A stretch of 64,000 bases of DNA from the human T2T-CHM13v2.0 reference genome, Homo sapiens. Location of the stretch: assembly GCF_009914755.1 (NCBI RefSeq), contig NC_060925.1; one strand, 5' to 3'. The notes under the pieces were generated by a model. The model did not search any database and had not been told where the DNA came from. It worked only from the letters and a program-made list of their open reading frames with translations. Position 1 is the stretch's first letter, and each line of letters begins with the position of its first letter. This document shows, in pieces, positions 12,201 through 27,500 of this stretch. The position numbers were made by a program, and so were the translations under genes.

Positions 12201-15200
12201 TAAATAACGTTTACTAGAGTTGCTTTAGCCAATAAGAGCCAGGAAATTAAAAATGAAAATGTAAATGCTTCATCTTTCACTCAGAAACATGCCTTAAATG
12301 CCTACCTCCAGCAATGTAAGAAAAACATTGAGGATTTAGCTGAGAGTTTGATGGCTTTTGCTTGCCTGTCATAACTTCATTGCTGCTCAAAGGGAGAATT
12401 TTAAAACACTCGACATTGAAATCCTTTAGCTTACCATTGCCAATGTATTGTAAGTGTTGTCGGGGGGAACCCCTGAATCTAAACATATATTTACACCCTT
12501 AAGTTGCCAAATTAAATCCATCTGGCTTACCAAATGCTGTCGCCAAAAGACTGTTACACTGTTGGTGTGGCCAGTATTTTAAATGTGGGGGATGGGAGGG
12601 CAGTGTTGAAAGGCACTAGATTTGATGATAGAATTTACATGTGCATTGATGCCACATTAAGTATTTACATCAAGTTTAGATCCCATGGCAACTCTGACCA
12701 AGAAAGAATTCCTACACAAGGCAAGAAGTCTAAAGCCGCTAGGTATTTGCGCCGTCTCCTCATGGCACTTTTTGCCCTGTGACTGCTTTTCAGGCATCAC
12801 AGCCACGCAATAGGCAAAACCACAAATAGCAAACACTCTAATTTCTTGAATTATTTTTTAACTATTCCCATAAGCACTAGGAAATGCCCACTCCTGTTTT
12901 CTGGTCGAAGTTATCAGCTCATGTGAATCATAGAAAGAATAAATTCTACCCAAGGACCTGAAAATATGTTAAGTCAAAATGGCAAGTAGCAAAATTCGCA
13001 GTCACTCATAATCCATAGCAAGGTAGGGTCTTCCTAACTTCAGTTGCTTAGAGACATGTAAAATTCCAAATGTTCATAAAATCAACTTTTTCTCCTATTG
13101 GGAATTAATTTAAACATTAGAAAACAGGAAAAGGTATAAGCACTCTTCTTAAATGTGCAAGTTGATATGAAATTTAGAAATAAGCCCCATTCCTTCCCTG
13201 CTTCTTTGGTAGAAGGGCTAATGGACTAACTAAGAGAGAGAATAAGCTAAAAGTCTGGATAGCCACAACTAAATACACCACCACAGGAGAATCCCTCAGC
13301 TTCTATGGTAATTTTGAAACTAAGAGAAAATAAGACAGCATGAGAAGGCATTATGCTGCTTTAAATATGACTTGGGAATGGTCTTATTTTACAATCAAAT
13401 ATACCACTTGCTTCCATCATGTAAATATTACCAGTATTTAGTTTCAGATTTTCATGAGGTAACATTATCTAAATTTACTGTTCGTCTGTATATTTAAATA
13501 TATAACATTCATTTGCAGTATTTCATTTATCTCAAAAGATTAGTATATATCTCATCTAGAATGAGACCTCTTATGAGAATAGGAGATGAGAAAGACTTTT
13601 AAAGGCATTTCGCAGTCCAGAGAGTCTGCAATGAAATTATTCCACTCAGGAATGGGTATTTATGTAAGATACATTCTGTACCATGTGTATTTTTTTAAGT
13701 TTATATTAGCATTATTCTCAAAGCCAATTTTAAGAGTGAATGAAATTGTTCCCTTAAGTAAATCTACCCTTAAGTAGTATCATGCTCAAGGGCCTACACC
13801 AGAAAGTCTGCCCCACTGCTCTCGCTATAATACCATTCACTGAGGAAAAGCTGTAAGAACTGAGGAAAATGTCTACTTACTTCTTAAAACAACGAGAATT
13901 GCTTTTTGCTTCTCAGTAGTGTTGGAAACTATTTTAATAACTAAAATAATAAAACTTCATGTGAGGCAAATTCCACCTTAATTATTGCCCTTTGGGGTGG
14001 AAAAATTAAGGAAACATTAGTAAATGTGTTAAACAGAAAAACCACTGCAGTAATTTCCCGCCAAATACCTGGGTCTAAAGTCAAAATAAAATCTGTGCTC
14101 TGCGTATGATTTGTATGAAAGCAGACTTATAGTTTTAGCTCTAACAATAGTACCACTTAGGACTAAGATGAATGGACCAGAAAAACCCCTGTGACTCATC
14201 AGTAGACTGTGATTAGCTTACTTAAGTGTTCTACAGTTCAGTTCGGGAATCTTTAATGAAGGATATTGATATAATTGCTTGATTCATTTTAATATTTCAA
14301 ACACTCTAAATTACTCCATCACTATCTTAATAATTAATGCATGAAAACTCATACTTACATTGAAAATTCATTTTAAAGCACAGTATCTTTGAATAAACCC
14401 ATTGAAATAGTGTTTCTGGTGTTTGCTTAAAACTTTGGTGTATAACTGATTACATCTTATAGATTTCATTTTTTTTTCCTGGTATTTTCCTCTTCTAACT
14501 TAGGACCTTTTTGCCATATGTGGCTATTTGATGTATATTGTTCAGTCACGATCTTCTAGGTGACTGAAAAACGCATGGAGTTACTCATGCCAATAATTAT
14601 TGCTACTGAATTGTTCCAAAGTCTCCCTTCCTGCAGAAAAATAAGTTTCAGTAAAATATTCTAGAGGATTACAAGTTATCTTTGCAGTTCATAAATACTT
14701 TCATAGGCTCCATTGATATTCACAGTTTTCAGTTAGAATGTTATTTTTATTGCAAAGTTTGCATTTATATTTCTTTTCTGTGGATTGCTTACCACTTATT
14801 AAAATTAAAATGCATTTTAAGGTGAAACATTATGTACCTAGAATACTGAAGGTAGCACTGACCATTGTCTTTAGCTCAGAAAGCAATGTTGAATTGGAAA
14901 AGCAAGATTTGAGAATATTCCTCTTTACTGCATTGTCATTGCACTCTAGTCCTTCTGATTTCCCTTGTTTCTCAGATGATCCCTACGCCCAATTATACAG
15001 AACAGTCTTCCTCTAGTTACTTATATCAAACACTTGCCTGCTAGCTGTGTTTGGCAGGCCAGCAGGATGAGGTAATAATCAGAAGAAAATGTTCTGGTTT
15101 ATTGGCCTCATCCACGTACAACATTATTCAAAATAGTTCTCTGTGGGTGAGAACAGAGTTGCTTTGAGATCCCCTGGTCTAATGTTCTGTAGTAGTGAGG

Positions 15201-17089
15201 AGGAACAAAACTGTAAACTTTTTTGATCTCTTCTAGAATAATGGTAAGGTAAATGATATCTGCTTGGCCCATCCTTTCAGTAATGTTTACAGGCAGTTAG
15301 ATGTATGTGAAAATGAGAGCCTTTCATTTATAAACATTTTGGCTTTACTCTTTCCAAGTCCAGCCATCTTCTTACGTACAGCCTCCATGGTCAGTACAGC
15401 AGTGTTTTCCTAAAAGCATATTTTGTGAACAATTTCTCCAGGATGATGGTAGTTTTTGTAAGACAGATGCCTAAAAGACATATGGTTTTCATAGATTTTC
15501 CGTCTAGACTAGCTTTATTTAGTGACTTTTGGTCTGAATTGGTCTAGTTAAAGTTTCTGTAGGAGCTTGTATAAAAATTTAAAATGTGGGTGTACCATTA
15601 AGGTGTAAAACAAAAGTTTGACTTCTTGTTGGCAAGAGATTAAAACGGATTGGTTGAAAATTTCCTTCATGTTAAGTAATTCTGATCATCTTATATGCCT
15701 ACTCATCCATTCCACCCCTACAACACTGTCCAAAATGGAAAGGCTTACCCTAAAAATCCCATAACTGTTAAATTCATATACTCCTCACTGTTCCTGAGTA
15801 AATTCTTTGTGTTCCAGTTTATGTGTGTATGTTAGAAAGCCCTAATTCTTTCTGCAGACTCTTTACATGGCCCAGGGGACATATTGTTCTTTACCCTTTT
15901 AGCACCAATTTTTACAAACACAGCATTTCTCTCATTTAAAAAAAGCGTCTGACAAGCCGCTGAGTAGAAGCGACTGAACCTTTAGGAGTTTCATAGTGCC
16001 TTCAACCAACAATGAAAATTCTGTTTTTCAAGGCGTTTCAAATTCTTGAGCCAGTGTCAAAGACTCATTTAGAAACAATATGACATGTTCAGAGGAAAAG
16101 AATTACATCTAGTCTTGCCCAGAAATCATCCTTTTGCTCCCTCTTTTGTAAGAGCTAATACTGCAGACCAGTCCCATCTTAACTGCATCAGAAAGAGGAG
16201 GCTCGTGGAAGGGAGGAAATGTGGGCCGTTCTGTCTCCACGAGTGTCATTGCTTGGCTTCCTTGGCTTCTCACGAAGCATTTAATTGGACTTAGTCACAT
16301 ATTTGTTCACTGACATGGCAGCCTGCAAAGCACAATGCCTCTCTGTTTTTCTCTGTTTGCTTTAAAAAATTTTGTTTTTAAAATTTGAGCTCTAAAGCAT
16401 GTTAGAGCTCCTCCTGCTGGATTTAAAAAAAAATAACTGGGACGATTAATAAATGGTAATTCTTTTTCTTCATATTTACCACCTGGGCTAATAGAAGTGA
16501 CAGAAGCCTATCATGTGGTGCACTTAAAACTGACCTTTTAATTCATCAGGTATGAAGGTCAGGCAGAAAGAAAATGTTGGTGCTACACAACTCATCTCTC
16601 AGTCTTCAAATTCCTCATGCTCTTTTTTTTGCTGTTGTTAAAAAAAAAAAAAGGAAAAGGAAAGGTTATTTTTCTGTGAGTATTTCTAGTTACATAGTTA
16701 CCCCAAGTCACATCCCCATGCTTGAAAGGTTCTTGCTCCCTCTCAGAAAGGGACAAAAAGTCTTTTCTATCTTCCCAAAGCAGAAATGAATTGTGCAGTC
16801 ATACAGAGATTCGAAGTGTTGCCTTTTTCCTCCCTATCCTTTCTTCTTTTTCCTTCTTCCTCCTGATTTCCTCCTCCTTCTCAGAAGCGGACACTTGCCT
16901 CGCCCAGTAGCTAGTTCTCAGTACCTCCTTTCTGCCTCCTCCTTCCCCTAAATGGTGGCAGTTGGCCTCTCCCTCTCCTGGTGCCTGAAGTGGGAGTGAC
17001 GAGAAGGGTCAGAAAAAGGTTTACCCCATTCACCATCAGTGGGAGTAGGTTTCTACAGCACATAAGTTTCTGGAGGTCTCTTTAGGAAT

Positions 17090-17222
17090 AAGAGAGAAAG
17101 GAGGGGGGATAGAAGGGAGATAGGAAGAAAGGAGGGAAGGAGGGAAGGGGCAGGAAAGGAGGGAAGGAGGGAAGGGGCAGGACAGGAGAAAAGGAGGAAA
17201 GGAAGGAGCAAAGGAAAAAAAA
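17090..17222. repeat. Polypurine tract with a perfect 27-nt tandem duplication (17128-17181)
   Basis: aaaggagggaaggagggaaggggcagg x2. Confidence 0.9.
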
Positions 17223-19651
17223 TCACTTGTAAATCTCTGTAAAACCACTTCCTTTCTCTGCATGCTTTCTCACACTGTATCCCTCTTGCCTTCTGCTTCT
17301 CTGCGTTTCTTTTAGCTCTTTCCTCCCCCAAGTTTATAATCTCAATGATATAGTACAAAGGCCAAAATACTTAAAAGTTAATCTCGGAAAGTAATGCTTT
17401 TTAGAAATCATATTTTAATACAACTAAAAATCCTTCATGTTACCTGTTTCATGACTTTATTAGGACTTGGGACAAAACAAGTCATTTGGTATTTGTGATA
17501 AAGAATAAGACAACCCTTGATTTCTCAAACTTCAGTACTTTCTGGCTTTCTTTCCTTTGCACATACCTTTCCTATTCCTGGAATGCTAGTCCCCTTAACT
17601 TTCCGTACTTTCTGGAAGTCCTTTCAACCTCCTAGCCTCCTTCCAACTCTAAGCTAGGACTCCAGATGTTTCTGAAACTCCTGAAGCAAAAATTTTAGCA
17701 TAATCCTACTGTGGTCATAGTTAACTTGTCTCTCTCCATCTCAACAAGAAACTTCTTCAGGGCAGTGACTCTTTATTTCTGTATCTCTACCTCTTAACAC
17801 AGTACCTAGTACATAAGTAGGGCTTACTGAGGGGATGAAGGAATATAAAATGAATTGACTTGCAAGCCTCAATCAAAATTTATTTTGAAACTAGCCCGAT
17901 ACTTATTTTAAAAACCAACTTAAACACACTTTCTTGTTCTATTCTATTGAAAAGCTTGCCTGAGTGAATGTTGTAAAATTCTTTTTACAGATCATAAACT
18001 GAGGAGAGTTAATGTGGGTAAATCATCCTTTAAGCTGCTTTTTTGCCACAACCACAGAAGTGGGTATATTAGGCACCATGCCTATGGGTGAAATCCAAGT
18101 CAGATATGTAGGACAATGTAAAGAAAGTGTGACAAAGCAGATTATATTACCATTTATGTCACAGGCTAATTTATACAGGATATTACCTGTTTGTATCATC
18201 AAAAAATTGTGAACTATTTTTCTCCCTATGTTCTGATTTCAAATTCCATGAATTGATTCATATTTTCCCAATGACATACATTATAAAATCATGGGTTCAT
18301 TTTCACAGGGGAAAGAAATGCTGGCTCTAATACACTGCAAGAATCATATTAGAGAATTCCTTAAATCCTTTAAGTGGGCTCCAAGTTCTGTGTTCTTTCC
18401 AGCATCTACTGTAAACTATTCTTGGATAGTATTGGCTCATTCTGTTGCTACAGCCAAAAATTCCAAAAATATGCTGAATAGCACCCTATAGTATTTCTTA
18501 CAGTAAATTATAAAATATTATCTTCCATGTGGACAAAATCATGACTGTTATAGCATTTTTCTGACTTTAAATAAATGCCCAAAATAAGAAGTAGAGTGCA
18601 AATACATCGCTGAAATTTAAAATACAGTGTCCCAAAATTTGTTCTCTTAGAGCAGACATTCACAAGAAGAAGTAGGGGTCCTGCATCACAGCTGCCTTCC
18701 ATTTTACCTAGAAGTGTGCTCCAACACGATTTATCTTTGGGCCCATTCACACTCATTGATCTACCGCTTGGGACACTGCCCTCAGCAGGTGCTGTGGAAA
18801 GCTGCAAGAGGCGTAGGAGTAATCTTGGTTCATAGAAGGTTTTGAATGTTGTTCAGATGATAAGATATGCATGCACGCCTCAAACTTCAAAAAAAATGAT
18901 GCAAGCATTAAATGATTCAAGAGGGTCATTGAGAAGTAAAGCATTTCAATTCCTGAAAACATAGAAAATGGTTTTTGTAGATAAAACCCTTCATTTTTTA
19001 TCATAAATAAGTTTAAAAAGGGTGGGCAAGTTGATATCAGATTCTAGTGGCCCTTGGAAACCTGGGATGTATAACTCTCTCATGATCCTAGATGTATGTA
19101 AACTAAATTTTGAGACAGTTATATTTTAAACTTTCAATTATAATTTACAAGTAAATCTTGCAATGTAAAAGAAGCTACTGCATATCCTTTTTATGCAAAT
19201 AACTACCCTTTTAAGCAGATATCTTCTCTAAAAATGTCAGTCTTTGTATATCTTTTTGAAGGCTTTCTTTTAATTTGGGTCCACCTAACTACTTATGCTG
19301 GACTTCAATCCTACCCTCTCCAAAGATTAGAATTTGGAATGCACAGAGATGCTTACCTATTTATTTTCATAAGCAAATACAAGCTTCCCTAAGCAAGTAG
19401 TAGTTATTCTTCTGATAATGACTAACAACAACGACAACAAACACTGTAGTCCAGTATCTTGGTCTTTATAACATAAGGCTAAAACTGCTTTCACCCGTGC
19501 TTAAGTCTAATTCCTAAAGGTATCAAAGTGTTTCTACAAGCATTTCTTCATCCTTCTTAAGATTTCCAGCACTTTCTCTTTTTGTTTTTACTTTATCTGG
19601 CAAGTAAATTGAATTGCTAATAAAGCAAAGTAAAAATCTTTTTTTTACTGA

Positions 19652-19807
19652 ACAGTGGTTTCAAAGCATAGTCCCAGGACCAGCAGCATCTGGGAACTTA
19701 TTAGAAATATCCCACCACATTAGAAATGTTGGGTGGCACCCAGCAACCTGTGTTTTAACAAGGCTTCCAGGGAACTCTGATGCAAGGTCCAATTTGAGAA
19801 CCATTGC
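19652..19807. mobile_element. MER5A-like hAT MITE
   Basis: cagtggtttcaaag...gaccagcagcatctgggaacttattagaaat...tttgagaaccattg. Confidence 0.75.
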
Positions 19808-22800
19808 CAAGAGCATATCAATCTAACTGCCCAACAGAAAAAATTCTGCACTGAAAGTCATGAGACCTTAGTGCAAGCACAGGAAAGGAAGAAGACTGAA
19901 CTACATAGGCCCATTCTGGCTTAAAAATTTACCAGTCAGATAATTCCTACTTCCCATCCTATGGAGAAATAAGGGCAGGGACAGAAAGGCCAATCCATTT
20001 CACAAATCAGTATTATGCTAGCTGGAAGCAAGAAGCTAGAGGAAAGGTGGTTTTCACACCCACCCCACAAACTGATACACCAAAGCAGTTTGCCCTTATT
20101 GAGGTCTCCCTTAACTCCTGTTAAAATGGGCCTCATATCATGAACACTCAGGACCAGCTAATCCAAAGAAGAGCAGATGAAATTTTAGTTCTTCTGTTCT
20201 TAAAAGACAATAAAATAAGGCAAGAAAACAATGATGCATTCTTCTCTCTTATCGGTAAAGCCAGTTTCTCCCCCACAATGCCACCCACCCTGCATGAGCA
20301 TTTGACTTTCTTACAAAATTTGTCATTGTCCACAATACTGCAAACAGTCCATCCCTGCAGCTACAAATACAACTTCAAGTATTACTTCTTCCCCTTTGAT
20401 TTGAAAGAAGAAACATGGCTCTTCTATGTAACCATAAACCGCCCACATACAACACAGTGTTTCAATAAACACTAAGTGATACAAGATGCTCCATTTCAAT
20501 ATAATGCCTTACTTAACGAAGCTCATTACTAAACAAAGCAACTGAGGAAAATTTGGTACAAAACAATAACTTTGCTTTCCCCAAAACAAACTGTCTTGTG
20601 AGGTGAATGCCTTTGGAAACTCTTTGAATGGTTAGGAACTGGACCAATGAAATGAACTTTAACAGTAAACTTTAAATGTTTTCTGGTGTTGAAGTTAGCA
20701 AACATCTTTAGCATTGCATATTAAGAAAATTCACCCTAAATTGCTTTCTAGTACAGTTGTATATACAGATTTTTGTTGTTACTGTTTTAGAAAAAATAAA
20801 TAAAATGTTTATTTCTTCTGCAAGGTTTAGTGAGGAGCTCTTTAGGATTTTTAATGACTAAGTACATATTTGGGTTCCTTTAACTGCAACTAGGCATATT
20901 TCCAAGATATCATAGTTACTTTGAGAGAACATGAACATTTTATCTTTTATTATTTTAATTATTAATTCACCATCTAGCTATGCAGTGCCTATTAAATGCA
21001 TGTCCCTAGGGACATCCTTAAAGAGCTCATAATGAATAAGTTATCCTGATTGACTGATTTATTTGGAAAAAATACAATACTATGAACCACAGGCCATGCT
21101 AAGTTATGGGATATGGTAGTGAATAAGACTAACAATAGACCTGGCACATAGCAGAACCATATGTTCTCCTCATCTCCTGTCTTGACTTCTTTCTGCAATT
21201 GCCTGCTACTATTGTGCTCTTGTCCCAGCCACATGGTCCAAGGATTAAAGCAGATATTAATGAGAATTTACTGTGCCATAAGAGTACTTAAGTCTTTCTA
21301 TTCTCTATCCACACCATTGAATTTTTCCCTTCAATCGCCATCATTTAAGTTCCAATTTCACTCATTATAGACCTACATTCCTACTTCCAAGTTTTATATG
21401 CAGCAGTTACAATCATGTTTGCCATCACTTTGACCACATTATTGTATTTTCAGACTTCCCAGAGTGTATTCTCAGACTCCGAATTACAAAATTTTGCCCC
21501 ACTTTTCCACTTAAAATGAAGTACTATAATAAAGCTACTTTCATATTTGTTTTATTCCACTCATCTTCCATTCTGAATAGATGCTGAGCTCTTTAAAGTC
21601 ATGTAGCATGAAGCAGTCCACATATTAGATGCTCAATAAATAATCTATGCAATATATAACTGGAAGTCTTGACATAGATCATCTAGTCTGATTGTACAAT
21701 TTGGCAACTGGAGCTAGAATCCACATTTTCTAACTTCTGATCCAGGACTCTTTCTATGTAAACATAGTATCTCAAATATAAGCTTCTGATAAATGCCTTA
21801 AAAGTGTAGCATCCTTGGCCTCGCTAGACCTACTCACCTTGATCTAGCCTAAACTCTAGCCTGGCTAAATATCTTGTTTAGGCACTTTTCAGTCATTTCT
21901 TCATTTGTCCATTATTCAACAAATACTTAACCACTGCTTTCTAATCACATTGTACCAAATGCTGAATACACATAATAAATGCAAAATATGTGGTTTCTTT
22001 TCTCAAGGAATTTTGAATCTATTTGGGGGACACTGGTAATAATCTAGTAAATAAATACATAATCACAAGTAGGGTTACGTGCTACGAGAGACACAAACAT
22101 GAAGTCATAGGGGAAGGCAGAGGAAGTCGGGAAAACTATGGGATGGTCCAGAAGGACTGAGGAATAACAGTTAAGCCAAGAACAAAAGGATCAAGAGAAG
22201 TCAGTTTCATTCCTTTCTCTCTTGGCTACAAGCCTTGATCCAAGCTATCACATATTCATGAAACGATTTCCAATCCATCATGCCATGCTGTATCCTACTT
22301 CTCACTGAATTTGTAGTCTAAAATCAACTTTTTATTTAATGAAATCACCTAATTAATTCCATTATCAAAACTTCTGGTAGAATTTCCCTCCTTAAAGCTC
22401 AAATTCTGGCCAGTTCTCTCCTCCCACCAGCCAACTGGTTAATTGCTAAGAATACATTTCCATAGGTTACATGATTATTTGACAAACTCCCTGAGGGCAG
22501 GGGGCTTATTATTTGGTATTTATTCCAAATATCTACTAAAGAACTGAGCAGTTAGATACTTTAGAGTCACCAAGGATCTCAATCCTACATGTCACTTTAG
22601 CTACTTTTTTTTTTTTGCCATGGCCATGATTTACTCACAAATATCCTTGTATTTATAAGACCAATGAATATCACAAGCATTCATTAGTTATTTCTTGATT
22701 CTAGGAGGAACTTTCATTCATTCAGTTATCAAACATTCAGTGACTGAATGACAAGCAGTGAGCTAGATACCACAGTTACATGAAGATGATTAAGAGACAG

Positions 22801-23151
22801 CTCATTTCTCATCAGTGAAGATAACATATAAGCCTAATTAGAGTTCAGTGTGATGACTAATAATAGAGATTTGTTGAGATGCTATACAAACAACTGTATC
22901 AGGAGAGGGGAAGGCAGGTCAGGGAAGGCTTCACTGAAGTAAGTCTTAAATGATTAGTTAGTAGTCTCAGAAGATGACCAAAATGACATTGAGAATGTAA
23001 TTGCATGTAACACCATGCTAAACACTGTATGAAACAAGTTAAGTGGGTGTGACCTGCGCCCTTCAGAAACTTCCTATCAAAGAAGAAAATTATGCAGATT
23101 CAAGATTCAGGACATAAGTTAAACATATATGGCCATTTTAAATGAAAATAA

Positions 23152-23192
23152 GGCTGGGTACCATGGCTCACACCTGTAATTCCAGTGCTTTG
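23152..23192 (+). mobile_element. Short Alu 5' fragment
   Basis: ggctgggtaccatggctcacacctgtaattccagtgctttg, after which similarity stops. Confidence 0.6.
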
Positions 23193-24484
23193 TACCTCCC
23201 CAAAGAAAGATTTCCTTTGAAGCCTCTTACACATTTTTCAAGTGCATGAGGTAAAAGGAATTCTACTAATATCTATGAGTTTGTGCCTAAATAGTTAATA
23301 TTTTCACCATTAATCAACAATATCTCTCCTGCTTTGATTTTTCCTTGATCGTGTAATTTAATTTTATAGTTCCATGATTTTTCAACAACTATTTTTTTCA
23401 AAACTATTTTTCAAAACTATTTTTCATAATAGTTTTCTTAAATTTTTCTAACTTCACTTCTTCATACCTGAGAAAGGACATTCAATTTGATCAATATAGA
23501 GTTTCTAATACAGAAGAAAAATTTATGACTATAATTCCAGAAGGAGTCTTTCTGAAAAAATCAGTTGCAGAGTTTTATCAAAAAGAAACATTTCAATTTG
23601 TAGACTTTGTCAAATTTGGGGGGGTATAAAAATGACTACCCAAGATACCATATATGAAGTCAAGTACACAAATACACTAAAAAAACTTATTAATATATTT
23701 AGGAAATAAATGTAGAAGCTTGAGGAATAAATAAGTAATAAATAATATTACTTGGTAATGTTGAGACTCTCAAATACAGTAATATTTCATTATCTAAAGT
23801 ACGTTTGCTTAGTAAACTCAGCTACCAGAAACATCATTACCAACTAGAAAGTGAGTAATACTACTAATACCAATACTAAAGTCTTTAAGACCCAAAATAG
23901 GAACTAGAGCTCCTGCAATTTAAACAGGCACTCACACTGAGCCTATTTACACTTGCTACAGAGAACTCTAAAGACTTGCTTTTCTGATTTTTAGTGCTCT
24001 GTAAATTACAAGCATAATATAGAACAAATTGGAGAAAGTCAAAAAGGCAATGAGAAGTGATAATAATATCCTGAAAGAAAAAGGAAAATTATATGTGAGA
24101 AATAAAAATTCAAAAGCCATCATTGTCTGAAACAGTATACCTTATTAGTTCCTGAGTTCATTCTATGTAATTATTATATTCTATTGGCTAAGATATGTGC
24201 AGTATGTTTCAGATGGCTTTCAAATAGTTTCATATTTCTTATTAGTATTGGAAGGAATGACTTCAGTTTTGAGAAAGATTTGCATATGAAAAAAGACGTA
24301 ATTTTCATTAAAACTACTAGATAAATGAAAGGTGACAATGTTAAAATCATTACAGATCATAACCACTTCTGCTGGCCTGTATGTGCATGAGCATGTGTGT
24401 AATGGCTCTTTCTCAGTGTCCTTGGAACAATGTTCTGCTAGATATTCTACTTGTTTCTTTACCTTTCTCTTTTTCTCTTTCTAG

Positions 24485-24554
24485 CCGGAGACCACCCCCA
24501 TCACCAACTCGTCCCACTATAATCCGCCCACTAGAATCCTCCCTGTTAGACTAA
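24485..24554 (+). CDS. DNM3: Dynamin-3 canonical last exon, coding part (SRRPPPSPTRPTIIRPLESSLLD*)
   Basis: Long polypyrimidine tract ending ttctag|CCGGAGA. AG+C completes Ser. Stop TAA at 24552-24554. The peptide is the recognised dynamin-2/3-type C-terminus. Confidence 0.96.
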
Positions 24555-27500
24555 ACGAAGTGTCTGGCATGGCAATTAATCACTAATGAATTATGCGAAA
24601 GCAACATATTTGATAACCGTTGCAGTAAATCATGAGTAGTCGCATGTGTGGACATCAGTAGGCAAGTAACCAGTTTTACTAATGCATTCATCGCTCATCT
24701 TCATTGCTCATGGTATGTCAAACCTTTGGGGTTTGACTCAGAAACTGCTAACCTTTTAGAGGCTTTATATGTTGTACTGACCAAGGTAGGTTTGTATAGC
24801 AGCCCTATACTTTGGGGATCATTTGCCTACCATGGCATATATTTGAAATTGCTTTGGACAAGTTTTCTAGGCTATCTACCAGGTAGCTCATTAAACGTAA
24901 TTCTTCAGATATGAGATAGTGGGCTTAGACCTAAGCCATACATATTTCTTTTCCCACATTCTGTTTAGGATGACAGTAATTCTGTTGTCTACCATTAATG
25001 CTACTACCTACTCCATAATTGCCTATTTAGCTCCTCTTTTCTTCCTTTTTATTTCATAAGACTGCTAGGAAGTGATTTTTTAAAATTAGGACTCCTTAAG
25101 AATAAACTTTTCCAGAAGCACGAGGTAGTTTGCAAAGGAAAAGTCTGCACTGTTTGCTCTAAAGAGCTTCTCCTCATTCCAATGTGTTTTGCTTCATGCT
25201 AGAAGCATATGCAACAGTGAATAAAAGCTTCTTTTTTTGTTAATCAGTCAATAAATTTGGCTAATTAGTTTCAGAGTTCAAGGAAGAAGCAAAATATCAC
25301 ATCTCTAGAAGTGTTGGGAAAAATATAATTTCTTTCTTTACTTATATTCACCTCATGGTAGGTTATATTGAAGGCTGACATGGAGAATGTTTACTTTTCT
25401 ATTTGGCATAGCTAACTACACTTTGATACTAACTCCAGTTTTACTATTATTATTTTGGTTGGAAAAAAAATTCACTCTTTACGTGCTAATTTGTAATCTT
25501 GTTTTGTAAGAATTTATCCTACCCTTGAAACAGGCTCAGTGTAACTGTATATCCATTCTAGGCTTTCTTAATAAATCTTGAGGCTATGGGATAATCACAT
25601 TTAAAGAATGGTTCCTGAAATGAAGTCAGTAGAAATGGCATGGGATAAGAGCAGAGCTCACACTTTTACAGTTGCAGTATTTCAAAGTCCCTATCCAGGT
25701 CACTCCAGAAAAGGGTATTGAAACGTTGAAATCTAAAGCAAATTTGCAATTTCTTAAGATTTCTAAAATTTACCAGAACAGTTTAGCCTGGGGGTTAATA
25801 GTTAAGTCTTGAGGCTAAGTTTTGGACTACCAAGGACCAGATGATTCACATGTAGGAAACAGCCAGAAGCCAACTGGAATTTTGTGTGCTAACTGTTCCC
25901 AGACAGCAGAGCAAGTATTCACTGAGTAGGGGTGTCCCATGACACTATTTCATATTCTACAGAAGTAAATCAGGTTTCACCAACTGAAATGTCTCCCTTT
26001 GAAAGTAGCAAACATGATTTGTATGTTAACTTAACTTTAATTTCCTGTGTAGTTTACACCCAGAGCAGATACTCATAAAGTATAAAGTAAAAACTTTTAA
26101 CCATTATTAAACAGAGAACTTGCCATGTTGAGTGCCATTGTATTGAACTTATTCTAAAGGCTTATGCTAACCCATTTATAATTGGTAAAAATCAGAAAAT
26201 ACAAGATTTACATAAAGGTCATTTCAACTTTTAAGGTTACCAGTGATTGTATAAAAACATCACAATCCTAAATCCTCTCGTATCTCACCCCAAACCCCAA
26301 ACTGGGGGAAAAAAAGTTAACTCTTTGTGAATGGAACCAATGTGCAAGATACATACTGCATTTTTAAAATAGTGTCTCAGCTAAATGGAAAACTGTTAAG
26401 CAAACATCCATAGTAAAACAAATAATCTTCAGTGAGATCTTTTTATAAAACTTCTTGTTTTTAGGATTCCCTTTGCTTCTTCCTTTGAATTCTCTAAAAT
26501 AGGCAGCTAACGGATTATATACTTCAGGGTTTGGCTTTGTGCTAAATGTGGTTTTGTGTTTTGCTGTATTTCAAAATTTTCCTTCTGTTAAAGGAAAATA
26601 TTGTGAATAACCACTGGTGTGTTCTTAGATCAGCACAAACCATGTCAAAAAAAATTGGAGATTTTTTTCCAATTTTCCTTCCACTGATCTTAGGCAGTAA
26701 TAAACAATGGCATTTGTCATCTTTGGCACTTGCTTTTAGATTATAGTCCCACAGTTGCACTGCCCCAATTGTCTACCTTTGTGGGTACATTTTTGTTCTT
26801 TACTCCTAAGTTATTTCTCATAGAACCCAGCCTACTCTAGAATTTCAGCAGTGACATTGGAGAATATTTTTAATTTGCTGCAGTACTATGTCATATTATT
26901 AGTATGAATCTCATTTCCCAAAGGGTTTGTATTCTGCTAAAAGGAGATGCCAATGTTGAATGAAGTCTGAAACTCTAGTATGTGCATAGTTTGACGTGCA
27001 GCATGCACACCAGGCCTTAAGATGGGAATGTAGCTTAATGATTTTCTGTTTCCCATACCATTTCTAATCTTTTGTGTAATTTTCTCTTAACTGATTGCTC
27101 TGATATTGTAAACACAATAGATGTAGCTCTATCATGTCTAGCATAATTTAAAAAATCAGTGTTTTTAGGATTTGGGAAAATAAACTGTAAATGTTTATTT
27201 GATAGGTAAATATAGTTTTATTGTCACATGCTAAATATTGCATGCATATTGACTAATTGGAATAACCATTTACTCAATTATGGACAGCTTATTGAAATAG
27301 TATTGATTTAGAAAAAGTATATTGCATTTCTAAAAAACATCTACCAAGGTTACTCGTCTGAATATTGCTTTTAGCCGTGTTTTATAACATAGACGAGCAG
27401 TAGGGTCTGTTTATTAGCAAATTTCCTATTTGTTCCAATACAAACTCACTTTATTCTAAAGTATATTAATGAAACCAGTTCCTGTGATGTAACTGTAAGC

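Noticed and set aside
23387-23426. Triple aactattttt(t)ca repeat
   Set aside because: Simple slippage in AT-rich intron with no functional cue.
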